A DNA stretch of 60,893 nucleotides, filler included. It is 7 parts of 7 records of this genome, joined end to end, with 100 filler letters (N's around TTAATTAATTAA, not from the genome) between each part and the next. Parts side by side here need not be neighbours in the genome. Positions count along the whole stretch, not along the records: positions 28,414 to 37,262 come from SRR2962707_1796; positions 37,363 to 43,420 come from SRR2962707_1797; 5 more parts are not named here. One strand, given 5' to 3'. The notes beneath the pieces are model-generated. The model did not search any database. It was not told the origin of the DNA and saw only the letters and a list, made by a program, of their open reading frames with translations. Numbering within the stretch: position 1 is the first letter of the stretch; the number at the start of each line of letters is the position of its first letter. Positions 28,314 through 39,086 of this stretch are shown here, one piece after another. Position numbers and translations under genes: made by a program.

Positions 28314-28413
28314 NNNNNNNNNNNNNNNNNNNNNNNNNNNNNNNNNNNNNNNNNNNNTTAATTAATTAANNNNNNNNNNNNNNNNNNNNNNNNNNNNNNN
28401 NNNNNNNNNNNNN
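28314..28413. other. Synthetic contig linker
   Basis: N-run with TTAATTAATTAA. Confidence 0.98.
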
Positions 28414-28813
28414 CCTTGTGGCGGAACAGCGAGAGAATGCCCAATCCCATCATGCCACCGCCCACCAGGCTTGCGAAAAGCGGGTGGACCGATGAGATAT
28501 CGAGCCACTCGGGAATGTGCGCGCTAAAATAGGACACCAGCCCGACGCAGACGAAGGTCTTGATGGCGAAGGGCCAGCCCATGCGCAGCACGGCCAGAAT
28601 GTAGAATGGCAGGTTGATGGCAAAAAACAGCCAGCCAAATGGAATGCCGGTGCCGTATTGCAGCAGCAGGGCGAGACCCGCCGTACTGCCTGTTGTCAGG
28701 GTGACCTGCGCGTACAATACGATGCCGAGCGAGACCAGCATGGTGCCGATCAGCATGGCAAAAATGTCTTCGTGCAGTTTGTGACGGCTTGGCGTCGAGA
28801 GATCCGGTGTCAT
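28414..28813 (-). CDS. YitT family membrane protein (partial)
   Basis: LTTGSTAGLALL, FFAINLPFY, GLGILSLFRH. ATGA overlap with holC. Confidence 0.88.
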
Positions 28814-29256
28814 GCTTTTTTGATCCAGCGGCCGTCAGATTCCTGCTGCCAATAGGTGAGTTGAGACGTTCCCTTGAGTGCGCGCCAGGCCAGTCGGGCC
28901 TCGGCGACAGCATCCGGGTCGTGGCCCGAGAACATATAGACAATGCGCTCATAGCCCTCGGCTGATTGCGGCACGGCCCGATCCACAAAGAAGCGGCAGA
29001 CCGCTCCATTGGGATTGTCGGTCTCGGTAGTGATCAGAATGGGCTGGTCGCTATCGGTCTCGGCGCCCGCCAGGCCATGGGCAAGAAAACTATCGTCGCG
29101 GTAGGTCCACAAATGGGCATCAAGCGCTTCGGCCCGTTCGCTGGAGCCGACCTCAACAATGGAGCGCCAGCCCCGCTCGATGGTCTTTTCCAGCAATTGA
29201 GGAAGGACCGCTTCGAGCGGGCGCGGTTCGAGATGATAAAAGAGCACGTCAGCCAT
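28810..29256 (-). CDS. holC: DNA polymerase III chi subunit
   Basis: VLFYHL, LPQLLEK, LDAHLWTYRDDSFLAHG, ARLAWR; directly downstream of pepA. Confidence 0.93.
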   Translation of the reverse strand: MADVLFYHLEPRPLEAVLPQLLEKTIERGWRSIVEVGSSERAEALDAHLWTYRDDSFLAHGLAGAETDSDQPILITTETDNPNGAVCRFFVDRAVPQSAEGYERIVYMFSGHDPDAVAEARLAWRALKGTSQLTYWQQESDGRWIKKA

Positions 29257-29265
29257 TGCTGTACC

Positions 29266-30747
29266 CTAGCCCTGGTAGTGGTCCCGCACCAGCCGATCGA
29301 GCAGGGCAACGCCAAAGCCGGGCGCCCACGAGGAGTTGACCTCGGTGGCGGTGACGCCAAAGGCGGTGCCGGCAATGTCGAGATGAGCCCAGGGCACATC
29401 GTTGACGAAACGCTGCAGGAACTGCGCCGCAGTGATGGAGCCAGCGGGCCGACCGACCGAATTGCGGATATCGGCAAACTTGGATTCGACCATCTTGTCA
29501 TAGACGGGGGTCAGCGGCATGCGCCACAGCTTCTCATTGGCGGCAAGGCCCGCACCGAGCAGCTTGTTGGCCAAATCATCATTGTTGGAGAACAGGCCGG
29601 CATGTTCATGGCCCAGGGCCACAATGATGGCGCCTGTCAGTGTGGCCAGATTGATCATGAATTTGGGCTTGAAACGGTCCTGAGTGTACCAGAGCGCATC
29701 GGCCAGAACGAGGCGCCCCTCGGCATCGGTGTTGATGACCTCAATCGTGGTGCCGCTCATTGCGGTGACAATGTCACCGGGCCGGACGGCATTACCAGAC
29801 GGCATGTTTTCAACCAGGCCAATCACGCCGACGACGTTGACCGGTGCCTTGCGGGTTGCCAGCGCACACATCAGGCCGGTGACCGCAGCGGCGCCGCCCA
29901 TGTCGCCCTTCATGTCTTCCATGGAGCCAGCTGGCTTGATGGAAATGCCGCCGGTGTCAAATACGACGCCCTTGCCGACAAAGGCGAGCGGCGCCTGATC
30001 GGCCTTGCCGCCCTTCCAGTGCATGACCACCAGACGGGCGGGACGCTCGGAGCCCTTGGCCACACACAGCAGCGATCCCATGCCCAGCTTTTCAAGGGCT
30101 TCTGGTTCAAGAATTTCGACCTCGAGGCCGAGTTTTGCAAGTTCTGCTGCGCGGGCCGCAAACTCTACCGGTCCGAGCACGTTGGCCGGTTCGTTTACCA
30201 GATCGCGCGCCAGCAGCGTGCCGTCGACGGTGGCATTGCGATCGGCAATGGCCTGATCAGCAGCACCGGGGTCAGCAACGTGCAGTGTAATGGTCAGGCT
30301 GGCCGGGACGTCATCAGCGCGGGAGGACTTGTACTTGTCGAACCGATAATTGCGCAGCCGCAGGCCGGCGGCCAGCTCAGCGATCGCAGCCGGCGTGGCT
30401 TGTGCCTCATCAATCACCACGGCAATTGTGTCGACCTTGGTCGCAGCGATCTTGGCCATGAGCGAGCCACCACGATCGGTCCAGCCATTAAGCGGGGCAT
30501 CACCCTCGGCCTTGCCAGAGCCCAGAACGAGCAGACGCGAGCCGGCCTGCCCGATAATATCGAGTGCCTGACCCTGGCGACCGGTAAATGCCCCGGCTTT
30601 CGCCGATTGGGCCCAGTCCAGGCCCGTTGCCGACCAGTTAGCGGCGGCAGCACCGGATGGGGCCTGCCCTTCGGCGGCGTAAATAACAGTGAGGGCGGCG
30701 GCGGTGGCAGAATGGGCAGCCGTACGGATATCAAGGGATTGGGACAT
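29266..30747 (-). CDS. pepA: Leucyl aminopeptidase (M17)
   Basis: [47 protein letters not shown]. Confidence 0.96.
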   Translation of the reverse strand: MSQSLDIRTAAHSATAAALTVIYAAEGQAPSGAAAANWSATGLDWAQSAKAGAFTGRQGQALDIIGQAGSRLLVLGSGKAEGDAPLNGWTDRGGSLMAKIAATKVDTIAVVIDEAQATPAAIAELAAGLRLRNYRFDKYKSSRADDVPASLTITLHVADPGAADQAIADRNATVDGTLLARDLVNEPANVLGPVEFAARAAELAKLGLEVEILEPEALEKLGMGSLLCVAKGSERPARLVVMHWKGGKADQAPLAFVGKGVVFDTGGISIKPAGSMEDMKGDMGGAAAVTGLMCALATRKAPVNVVGVIGLVENMPSGNAVRPGDIVTAMSGTTIEVINTDAEGRLVLADALWYTQDRFKPKFMINLATLTGAIIVALGHEHAGLFSNNDDLANKLLGAGLAANEKLWRMPLTPVYDKMVESKFADIRNSVGRPAGSITAAQFLQRFVNDVPWAHLDIAGTAFGVTATEVNSSWAPGFGVALLDRLVRDHYQG

Positions 30748-30957
30748 GAAAAGCCTTGGTGGGCGAAGCGGCGCAAAGCGCGCGAAGGAATGATTGGCTT
30801 ACATTGAGATGTTTGGGCGGCGCGTCAATCCCGCAACAGGGCTACGGACAAATCGGCGCGGGGTGTCTTGGGCGCTTGTCTGCCTGGGCGAACTGCACCA
30901 AGGTCCGCGCATTGATCGAGACACAATTGCGGCATCTGGAGGCGCTACTCAGATAGC

Positions 30958-32028
30958 ATGAAGCGACTAACCGCTTATCTTGCGCGCCTGTTCGTCACCG
31001 ATGCGGTGATCCTGTTCGGGGTGTTGTGTTTCCTGCTCTGGCTGGTCAACTGCCTGCGCTCTTTCGACGTTGTCTCGGTCAAGGGCCAAGGCGTGATGAC
31101 GCTCGCCCTGCAAGGTTTGCTGACGCTGCCGCCGCTGACCATTTCGTTCTTCTACGTCTGTATCGGCATTGGTCTGGTTCGGGCGCTGCAGGCGCTGCAG
31201 GGGAATCGCGAACTGCATATCATTCACTCGAGTGGCGGGCTGGGTTCGCTGTGGAAGGCCACAGCCATCGTGGCCGGGGCCGGTGTTGCGGGCGTGCTGC
31301 TGCTGTCCAATTTCATCGAGCCTGAAGCCAATCGCCGGTTGAACGTGCTGAGCGCCAATGTGGCGGCCGATCTTGTCAGCTCAACGCTTAAGCCCAAACG
31401 CTTTACCCAGGTGACACCTGGCGTAGTGATGCTGATCGGCGGACGGGGCGGCGACGGCGAAATCCAGGAGTTCTTTGCCGATGATCGCCGCGATCCAAAA
31501 ACGCGGCGCACCTATATCGCCAAGTCGGCGCGGGTTTCGACCGACGGTACAAACTACGTGCTCGAGCTGCGCGATGGCGCATTGCAGAACAGCGAGCCGA
31601 ACGGGCGTTTCACCGAGATTACCTTTGCGCGTTATGACGTCAATGTTGATCAGTTCTCGCAGCCCGTCGGACAACCCAACATGCTGTATCAAACCGACAG
31701 CCTGACATTGGTCCGAGACGCGCTGGCAAGTGGGCAATGGTCGCCCGAAGTGCTGACGGCCCTGGGCAATCGCGGCGCCGAAGGCCTGCGCGTGATCGGC
31801 ATTTGCCTGCTGGTGCTCGCATTGGCTGGCTTTCCCAGCGGTCGACGGGCGCGGTTCAACGTTCCACTTGAAGCGGTTGTGCTGCTGATTGCGTTTGGTG
31901 AGCGCGGGTTTAGCGCCTACAGCCCCCTGGGGCCCTCGACGGGCGCACTCGCCATGATCATTGCAGGTGGCGGGGCGGTGCTGATCATGAGGCGCCCCCG
32001 CAAGACCCTGCCGGGGATCGCAATATGA
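30958..32028 (+). CDS. lptF: LPS export ABC permease
   Basis: Membrane protein with RELHIIHSSG; canonical pepA-lptFG-lptD-surA-pdxA synteny. Confidence 0.88.
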   Translation: MKRLTAYLARLFVTDAVILFGVLCFLLWLVNCLRSFDVVSVKGQGVMTLALQGLLTLPPLTISFFYVCIGIGLVRALQALQGNRELHIIHSSGGLGSLWKATAIVAGAGVAGVLLLSNFIEPEANRRLNVLSANVAADLVSSTLKPKRFTQVTPGVVMLIGGRGGDGEIQEFFADDRRDPKTRRTYIAKSARVSTDGTNYVLELRDGALQNSEPNGRFTEITFARYDVNVDQFSQPVGQPNMLYQTDSLTLVRDALASGQWSPEVLTALGNRGAEGLRVIGICLLVLALAGFPSGRRARFNVPLEAVVLLIAFGERGFSAYSPLGPSTGALAMIIAGGGAVLIMRRPRKTLPGIAI

Positions 32029-33095
32029 CCCGGATTGACTGGATTGTGCTGAACCGTCTGGGCAGCCGCATTGGGGTCACGGTGCTGATTTTCTACGGGA
32101 TCATCACGCTGGCGGAATCGCTGGACACCTGGCGCTTCAACTTCGTCGCCGACAATTATGGGTTGCCTATGGCCGCATTGATGGTGGCAATGAGCGCCGT
32201 GCGCTGGACCATCAAGACGCTGCCGGTGACCGTGCTGATGGGCGCGATTCTGGGCTTTCTCGACCTCAAGGCGCGTCACGAGCTGACCGTGATCCAGTCG
32301 AGCGGGATTTCAATGTGGCGGGCGGTTCGCGCGCCAACCATCGCGCTTGGGCTGGCAAGCCTGCTGATCGCGCTGGGCGGGGAAACGGCGAGCACGATGA
32401 TCAATCGTGGTCTGTACCCCTCCCCACCCGGTCAGGCGACGCTGCAGACGCCGGCGGGTGAAATCTGGCTGGAACAGCGCAGCGGCGATTTCCACTACCT
32501 GATGATGGCGACAGGTATGCAGCCGGGCGGTACGCTGCTGGGCAATGTCACGATCTTTCGTCTCAACGGCGGCGACGATGATCGGATTGAAGGCGCTGAA
32601 GCCTTGCTGGAAGACGGCGAGTGGGTTTTGCCCAGAGCCACTATCCGCAACGCGTTGCAGCCAGCGCGATACGTGCGCGACTACCGTTTGCCCACGACCT
32701 CCTCACCGGCAGAGATCAGCCTGAAACTGTCCTCAACTGAAGACATGACATTTTTCGAGCTCGCCGACCTGCTGCAAAAGGGTGTCTCTGACCCTGCGAT
32801 CAGATCTGCCGCCACCATGCGGCTAATCAAATTACTCGCCCTGCCACTGGTTCTGACGGGCTCACTGTTCATTGCGTTTGCGTTTACCGCGGGTTATCGA
32901 AGGTCATCTAATTATGGTCCTGCGGTCCTTTACGGGATCGTGCTGGGTTTCGTTGTGTTCGTGATTACCGAGATGGCCGACCGCGCTGGGTCGACCGGCG
33001 TTCTCGATCCTACGTTTGCGGCAGTCGGACCAGCATTTGTAGCCATTGTCATTGGCGTGACGGTGTTGCTGCACAAGGAAGACGGGCGCGCGTGA
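32025..33095 (+). CDS. lptG: LPS export ABC permease
   Basis: RHELTVIQSSGISMW; synteny. Confidence 0.88.
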   Translation: MTRIDWIVLNRLGSRIGVTVLIFYGIITLAESLDTWRFNFVADNYGLPMAALMVAMSAVRWTIKTLPVTVLMGAILGFLDLKARHELTVIQSSGISMWRAVRAPTIALGLASLLIALGGETASTMINRGLYPSPPGQATLQTPAGEIWLEQRSGDFHYLMMATGMQPGGTLLGNVTIFRLNGGDDDRIEGAEALLEDGEWVLPRATIRNALQPARYVRDYRLPTTSSPAEISLKLSSTEDMTFFELADLLQKGVSDPAIRSAATMRLIKLLALPLVLTGSLFIAFAFTAGYRRSSNYGPAVLYGIVLGFVVFVITEMADRAGSTGVLDPTFAAVGPAFVAIVIGVTVLLHKEDGRA

Positions 33096-35383
33096 GACAA
33101 GTGGGTTGGAGCGATTTCATGACGTCGGCGCTCCGCCTGGCCAGTGCCAGTGCGGTGGTGGCCCTCATGGCTGCGACCGGCGTGCCGGCACAAGAGTTGA
33201 TTCCCACCGATTTCTTCAACGCCCCCATCGATCCGAGTTCGCCGTCAGCAATTGAAGCCAACACACTGACCTTTGATCAGGCATCCAACGTGATCCTGGC
33301 GAGTGGCGATGTGGTTCTCAAACGGGGCGGCTACACGCTGACCGGGCAGAACCTGACCTATCACCGCGGCAATAATGACTTGTATTTCACCGGTGCGGTG
33401 ACTATTCGCGATCCATCGGGCAATCTGACCGAGACCAACGATCTGCAGATCACCGGCGGGATGAAGCAGGCATTTCTCGATGCCATGACCATCACCACCT
33501 ATGATGGCGCGCGCATTACCGCAGACAGTGCGGACTATGACGCTGCGCTGGAAACCCTGCTGGTAAACGCGACCTACGCGCCGTGCGGGGAATGCATTGA
33601 CGACAAGGGACGCCGGATTGGCTGGTCGATGAAGGCCAAGCGGATCATCTCCAATGCGGATGGTTCGCTGTATATGGATCAGCCTAGCCTGGCGATCCTG
33701 GGCATTCCGGTGGCATGGCTGCCGTTCTTCTGGATGCCGGACACCAGCGAGAACGCGCTGTCGCGGGTGCCCAAGCCGACCTACAGCTATACCGAGAAAA
33801 CCGGCCATTCGCTGGCATTCACTTCAACGGTCTACTCGACGCGCTGGAGCGACGTCGTGCTGACGCCAACGCTGATGAGCCGCCAAGGCCTGCTGCTGGG
33901 TGCGGCCTGGACACAACGCTTTGACGGCGGCTCGTTCACCGTCAAGGGCTCGGGTCTGTACCAGTTGGACCAGAGTGCGTTCACCTTTAGCGAAGCAAAG
34001 CGGGACTGGCGCGGGGCGGCGCAGTTCAGCGGCAGCTTCACGCCGATCGACGACTGGACGGTGGGGTTGAGCTACACCGCGTTCACAGACGCGGCCTATT
34101 TGCCCGACTATACCAGGACTGACGCCAAGTCGTCGGTCAATGAAATCTATGCGACCAATCTGACGCGCGACACCTACATCAATGCGCGGGTGCAGCACTT
34201 CAACCAGTTGGGTGACGTTACCGAAGCCAGTCAGGGACAACAGGGCCAGACGCTGCCGACAGTGCGGTTTGAACATGTCGAGGATCTGGCACCAGGCATG
34301 GGGCGGATCGAAATCAGTGGCCGTCTGCTCGGGATACACCGCGATCTTGATTCCGGCACCACCACGAATGGTGCGCCCTATGTGTTCGGGTATGCCGGCA
34401 ACAAGCAGCACGTCAGCCTGCAAGCCGGTTGGCAGAACCAATACGTCGGCGCGGGCGGCTTTGTGTTCACACCCTATCTTGGCGGTCGAGCGGACGCCGC
34501 CTATTACGACGGCGGTAACGGCACCGGCCCGGCTGCGACCACCCTATGGAGCGCAACACCAATTGCGGCCATGGATGTACGTTTTCCGATGGTTGCTGGT
34601 GACGGGCAGACAGTGCATCTGGTCGAACCAATCGCCCAACTGGTGTATCGCGGCTCGGAAACGACTGCTGTCGGCATCACCAATGATGACGCGCAGAGCT
34701 TTGTGTTCGATGACACCAATCTGTTCAGCTTCAATCGTTTCTCTGGCGGAGACCGTCAGGAAACCGGGCTGCGCGCCAATATTGGCGGACGCTATCAGGT
34801 CAGCTTCTCCGATGACGCCTATCTGGAGCTGATTGGCGGGCAATCATTTCATCTGGCTGGTGCGAACGCCTTTGCCGCGACCGACCCTGCTCAGACAGCA
34901 ACTGGTGCCGGACTGGACACGACTGCCTCCTACGCTGTTCTGGGAGCCTATGGGGCATATGAGCCGGGCATCAAGATCGGCGGGAAGCTGCAGATCGATA
35001 CGTTCGCTCCCCGCATTACGCGTGGTGGATTTGGCGCCAGCTTCTCGCAGGACGGATATACGGCCTCGGCGGACTACAACTATCTGGCCGCCAACACCGC
35101 CGCCGGTGTGATCAGCGACCAGCACGAGATCGGCGTAGGCGTGGGCGTACCAGTGGCCGATTACTGGACCATCAGAGCCGCGAGCTATTGGGATCTGCAG
35201 GCAGGCAAATGGTACAATGTCAGCGGTGGGATCCAGTATGATGACGGCTATCTGCTGATGTCGCTGGACGGCACCAAGACCAATGGCACGGTGGATGACA
35301 CCACCATAACCGCAACATTTGCCATCAAGGCACCTGCGGGCCTCAATTTTGGATATAGCCGCGCCTTCCAGGCCGGGCAGTAA
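33092..35383 (+). CDS. lptD: LPS assembly outer membrane protein
   Basis: OstA-like N-terminus, ATYAPC, NDDAQSFVFDDTNLFSFNRFSGGDRQETG. Confidence 0.93.
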   Translation: MRQVGWSDFMTSALRLASASAVVALMAATGVPAQELIPTDFFNAPIDPSSPSAIEANTLTFDQASNVILASGDVVLKRGGYTLTGQNLTYHRGNNDLYFTGAVTIRDPSGNLTETNDLQITGGMKQAFLDAMTITTYDGARITADSADYDAALETLLVNATYAPCGECIDDKGRRIGWSMKAKRIISNADGSLYMDQPSLAILGIPVAWLPFFWMPDTSENALSRVPKPTYSYTEKTGHSLAFTSTVYSTRWSDVVLTPTLMSRQGLLLGAAWTQRFDGGSFTVKGSGLYQLDQSAFTFSEAKRDWRGAAQFSGSFTPIDDWTVGLSYTAFTDAAYLPDYTRTDAKSSVNEIYATNLTRDTYINARVQHFNQLGDVTEASQGQQGQTLPTVRFEHVEDLAPGMGRIEISGRLLGIHRDLDSGTTTNGAPYVFGYAGNKQHVSLQAGWQNQYVGAGGFVFTPYLGGRADAAYYDGGNGTGPAATTLWSATPIAAMDVRFPMVAGDGQTVHLVEPIAQLVYRGSETTAVGITNDDAQSFVFDDTNLFSFNRFSGGDRQETGLRANIGGRYQVSFSDDAYLELIGGQSFHLAGANAFAATDPAQTATGAGLDTTASYAVLGAYGAYEPGIKIGGKLQIDTFAPRITRGGFGASFSQDGYTASADYNYLAANTAAGVISDQHEIGVGVGVPVADYWTIRAASYWDLQAGKWYNVSGGIQYDDGYLLMSLDGTKTNGTVDDTTITATFAIKAPAGLNFGYSRAFQAGQ

Positions 35384-35477
35384 GCATCACCGGATTTTGG
35401 CCGTATTGTGCGGGCAATTGACAGCGCGGGTTTCCCGCCGCATGGAGAGCGGGAAGATGAATGCGAGGCAGGAGACA

Positions 35478-36380
35478 ATGATGGCAAATGGTTTGTGGGG
35501 ACGCACAGTCAGCGCCCTGATCGTCGGAGTCCTGCTGAGTGTTGCGGCGGCCATGCCAACGCTGGCGCAGAGCGCCCGTGTGACCGTGAATGGCACCCCC
35601 ATCACCGATGTGCAGATTTCCCAGCGCGTTAAGCTGTTCGCGCTTGAAGGTAATCGTGGCGGCAGCAAGGGCGCGACCGAGCAGTTGATCAATGAAGCTA
35701 TCCAGCTGGCCGAGGCCAAGCGCCTGGGTATTTCGGTGTCCAATGCACAGGTCGACGATGCCTTCCTGCAGATTGCCCGCAATCTCAAGATGAGCAGCGA
35801 CAAGCTGCGCCAGATGCTGCAGCAGGGCGGCATCAACATGGATACACTCAAGGACCGACTGCGGGCCGCTATCGCCTGGAACGCCGTGACCGAGCAGGCG
35901 ATCATGCCACAGGTTCAGATTTCCGATCTGGAACTGGATCAGCAGGCCGCCAACCAGATTCAGGCCTATCAGGGCTTCGACTATATTCTCAAAGAAGTGA
36001 TCTTCGTCGGACAGGGTTCGAGCGCCCGGACCGGCCAGGCCAATTCCTATCGCCGCAGCTTTGCCGGCTGTGACAGCGCGGTCGATCTATCGTTGAAATT
36101 CACCGATGCGGCCGTGATCGATGTCGGTCGCCGCCACGCTACCCAGATGCCCGAGGCTATCGCCAAGGAACTGGCCGGGCTCAATGTGGGCGGCATCACC
36201 AAGCCGCGCGTAGTTGAGAGCGGCGTTTCAATGCTGGCAGTGTGCGAAAAGGCACAGGCCGAAGACCTGACCTTCATCAAGAGCGATCTGCGTGCCGAGG
36301 CCGGCAATGATGCACTGGCTGGGGAAACCGAAAAGTATCTGGCTGAACTGCGCAAGCGCGCCAAGATCATCTACAACTAA
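35478..36380 (+). CDS. surA: SurA-like periplasmic chaperone
   Basis: VTVNGTPIT, LINEAIQLAEAKRLGI, YLAELRKRAKI; RBS AGGAG. Confidence 0.88.
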   Translation: MMANGLWGRTVSALIVGVLLSVAAAMPTLAQSARVTVNGTPITDVQISQRVKLFALEGNRGGSKGATEQLINEAIQLAEAKRLGISVSNAQVDDAFLQIARNLKMSSDKLRQMLQQGGINMDTLKDRLRAAIAWNAVTEQAIMPQVQISDLELDQQAANQIQAYQGFDYILKEVIFVGQGSSARTGQANSYRRSFAGCDSAVDLSLKFTDAAVIDVGRRHATQMPEAIAKELAGLNVGGITKPRVVESGVSMLAVCEKAQAEDLTFIKSDLRAEAGNDALAGETEKYLAELRKRAKIIYN

Positions 36381-36382
36381 TC

Positions 36383-36407
36383 GGATAGCCCGCGCTGCGG
36401 GCTATCC
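36383..36407. repeat. Perfect 11-bp stem palindrome between surA and pdxA
   Basis: GGATAGCCCGC-GCT-GCGGGCTATCC. Confidence 0.75.
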
Positions 36408-36431
36408 ACCAATTCGCCGATGGGGGCCAAG

Positions 36432-37262
36432 ATGCACAAGCCGCTGGCCATCAGCATGGGCGAGCCCGCAGGCGTTGGTCCCGACATTGCACTGCAGCTA
36501 TACGCCCATCGGGCCGAGCTGAATCTGCCGCCCTTCTGCCTGTTTGGAAATACCGATTTCCTGATGGCGCGGGCAGCACGGCTGGGGCTGGAGATCGCCT
36601 TCGCTCCCGTGGGGCCGGAAGGTGCCATGGACGTGTTTGCAGACGCGCTGCCCGTCGCGCCTATCGAGGGCGATGTGCCCGACCACCCCGGCCAGACCAC
36701 ACCACTATCGGGCCATGCGGTGATCGCTGCGATTGAAGATGCTGTCGCATCCACCCTTAGCGGCGCCTGTCGCGGACTGGTAACGGCACCAATACACAAG
36801 GGTGCGCTGTATCAGGCCGGGTTCAAGCACCCGGGCCATACCGAATTCCTCGCAGCACTTTGCGCGGAGGGGAGCACCCCGAGACTGCCTGTGATGATGT
36901 TGGCCCATGGCGGGCTGCGGGCGGTACCCGTAACCATCCATGTGCCGATCCGCGATGTTCCCGGACTGCTGAGCAAGCAGTTGATCGTCGACACCATTCG
37001 CGTGGTTGCCCACGATCTTCGGCAACGCTTCGGCATTGCCCATCCGCAGATTGCCGTGGCCGGCCTCAATCCGCATGCGGGAGAAGGGGGCAGTATCGGT
37101 CGCGAAGACCTCGAGATCGTTGGACCTGCCGTGGCACAATTGCAGTTTGAGGGGATCGCCGTTACCGGCCCCCTGCCCGCTGACACGCTATTTTATCCGG
37201 CCCACTGGGCACAGTATGATGCCGTGGTCGCCATGTATCACGATCAGGCACTGATCCCGATC
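36432..37262 (+). CDS. pdxA: 4-hydroxythreonine-4-phosphate dehydrogenase (partial)
   Basis: SMGEPAGVGPD, VTAPIHK, PGHTEFL, GLNPHAGE, GPLPADTLF, AMYHDQALIP. Confidence 0.96.
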
Positions 37263-37362
37263 NNNNNNNNNNNNNNNNNNNNNNNNNNNNNNNNNNNNNN
37301 NNNNNNTTAATTAATTAANNNNNNNNNNNNNNNNNNNNNNNNNNNNNNNNNNNNNNNNNNNN
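37263..37362. other. Synthetic contig linker
   Basis: N-run with TTAATTAATTAA. Confidence 0.98.
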
Positions 37363-37382
37363 TTGTTGTTGTTGTTGTTGTT
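37363..37382 (+). repeat. (TTG)n microsatellite at contig start
   Basis: ttgttgttgttgttgttgtt. Confidence 0.9.
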
Positions 37383-37514
37383 TTTTGTTTTTGCGGCCCG
37401 TTTCCGTTCTTCTCTTTGGTTTCGAGGACGAGTCAGGTGGGAAGCTCAGGCGGCTGCTCGCGTGTTGGCCTGCTAGCTGGCTTGTTGTGCAAGATCGTCT
37501 GGGACGCTTCCAAC

Positions 37515-38823
37515 ATGTCGACCAATGTTAGTGCAGTTATTGAGGAGACGCCAAAGGTGTGTGAATCCGACGCTTCATTTCCTTAATGCCGCGTTGTGAG
37601 GGCTTTGAACAAGCCACGAGACATATTCTCTTCGTTTTGCTCTTCATCCTCTGCATATGGGTTGGTGTTGGTGTTGATGTTGTTTTATGTCTATGAATGT
37701 ATACAGAACCTAATCCCGCTGCGGTCGACGCTCGTGGGATCAGCTGCATGCGCAGCAATTGCAGGGGCTGCTCAAATGCTTTGTGGCGGAATTGTGTTGG
37801 ACGGTATCTCCACGCGCCTGCAAGGCGGCTTCACGGTTGGCCAAGCAATTTGGGGCATCAAGGGCAAGAGCAACTCCGTCTCCGATGTTGTCGCTCGATA
37901 CTCCCGCCTGCACGATCGCTCGCCGTTGTTTACTCGTGCGGCACTGTTGCGCAGATCGAACTTGTACGCTGGGGTCCGTGTTGTCATTGCCGGAAGATTC
38001 CCTTACCTCTTTACCAATTTTTCGACGTATGCGAAGACTGAAGAGTACATCATGCGGGGCAAGGGTGGCCGGTTGAAGACGACTCAGGAGACACTGACGT
38101 GCATCGCTGCAAGCACAATCGCCTCCAGCTCCATCATCACGGCAATTGAATGCCCGAAGATTATGGATCAAATGGCCGGATCAGGCAACAAAAGTGGAAA
38201 GCGCACAACGGTGATGCAGGTCGTGCGTAAATTTGGTGTATTGCGCGTGATGCAGGGGTACGACGCCACCTTTTGCAGAGAGTTCCTCTTCAACTGCGCT
38301 TTGCTCGGAAGTCCTCGCATCTCAGACTTCATTCGGCTGCAATTCATCGAGCCGAACCTTGAAACTTCAGCCGTGGCCCGATTTTTTGAGGGAAGGCACT
38401 TAATGTTGGCTTGTCTCTGCATGGGCTTCCCAATCGGCTATATCACGAACGTGCCCGACCAGCTAAAGACCCGTATTCAGCATGGTCAGTTCACAAACTT
38501 GGTTGCTGCAGCCCGCTGGCAAGTTCAAGAAGGCGGCGGCCTTCGAGCGTTGCTTGGGCGAGCTGCTCTCTACCGCTCTGCTTATATTTGCCACGGCGTC
38601 TTGTTCTTGAACGTTGCGCGAGCAAAGGTGAGTTAAAGCTTGCGTCATCGCCACGAATGCTTTGATTATCACCTATTTGTGTTGGGTGTCTCACCAGCGA
38701 TTTGTTCCATATGGTGCTGATCGCCGCGCCCCTGGTGCCCATGCGTTCTTGCAGGTGAACGACCTGCTGTCTTCAGAGTTCATCGAATCAAACTACCAAA
38801 AGCTAGGGATCCCGCTGTGGTGA
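37515..38823 (+). CDS. Eukaryotic mitochondrial carrier (SLC25-like), 3 exons: 37515-37556, 37707-38627, 38755-38823
   Basis: Three degenerate carrier repeats (LDGISTRLQ, IECPKIMDQ, PDQLKTRIQ; LYAG, VMQGYDATFCRE). GT-AG introns join in frame. Confidence 0.75.
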
Positions 38824-39086
38824 ACCTGCAACCAGGCTGCAGCAGGAAGGTGGTGCCGTCGCAGCCACTGTCCTGTTCTTTAACAAACCCGCCAGGCCCA
38901 TCCCATGGACGGTGTTTTCACGCATGTTATGGAGTGGGCGGTCTGTCCCCCAGAAGCTGCTGAGGTTTTTTGACGAAAGGTTGAATGGATGGACATTGTC
39001 GAGTGAAATAGGTTTCGTATTTTAATTTTTTTTTTTTCCTCGAAATTACGGAACGCTCCTGTGTCAGAACACAGACGAAGCTCGAT

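Noticed and set aside
28966-30807. 613-aa plus-strand ORF
   Set aside because: Antisense shadow of pepA/holC in high-GC DNA, with no recognisable motifs.
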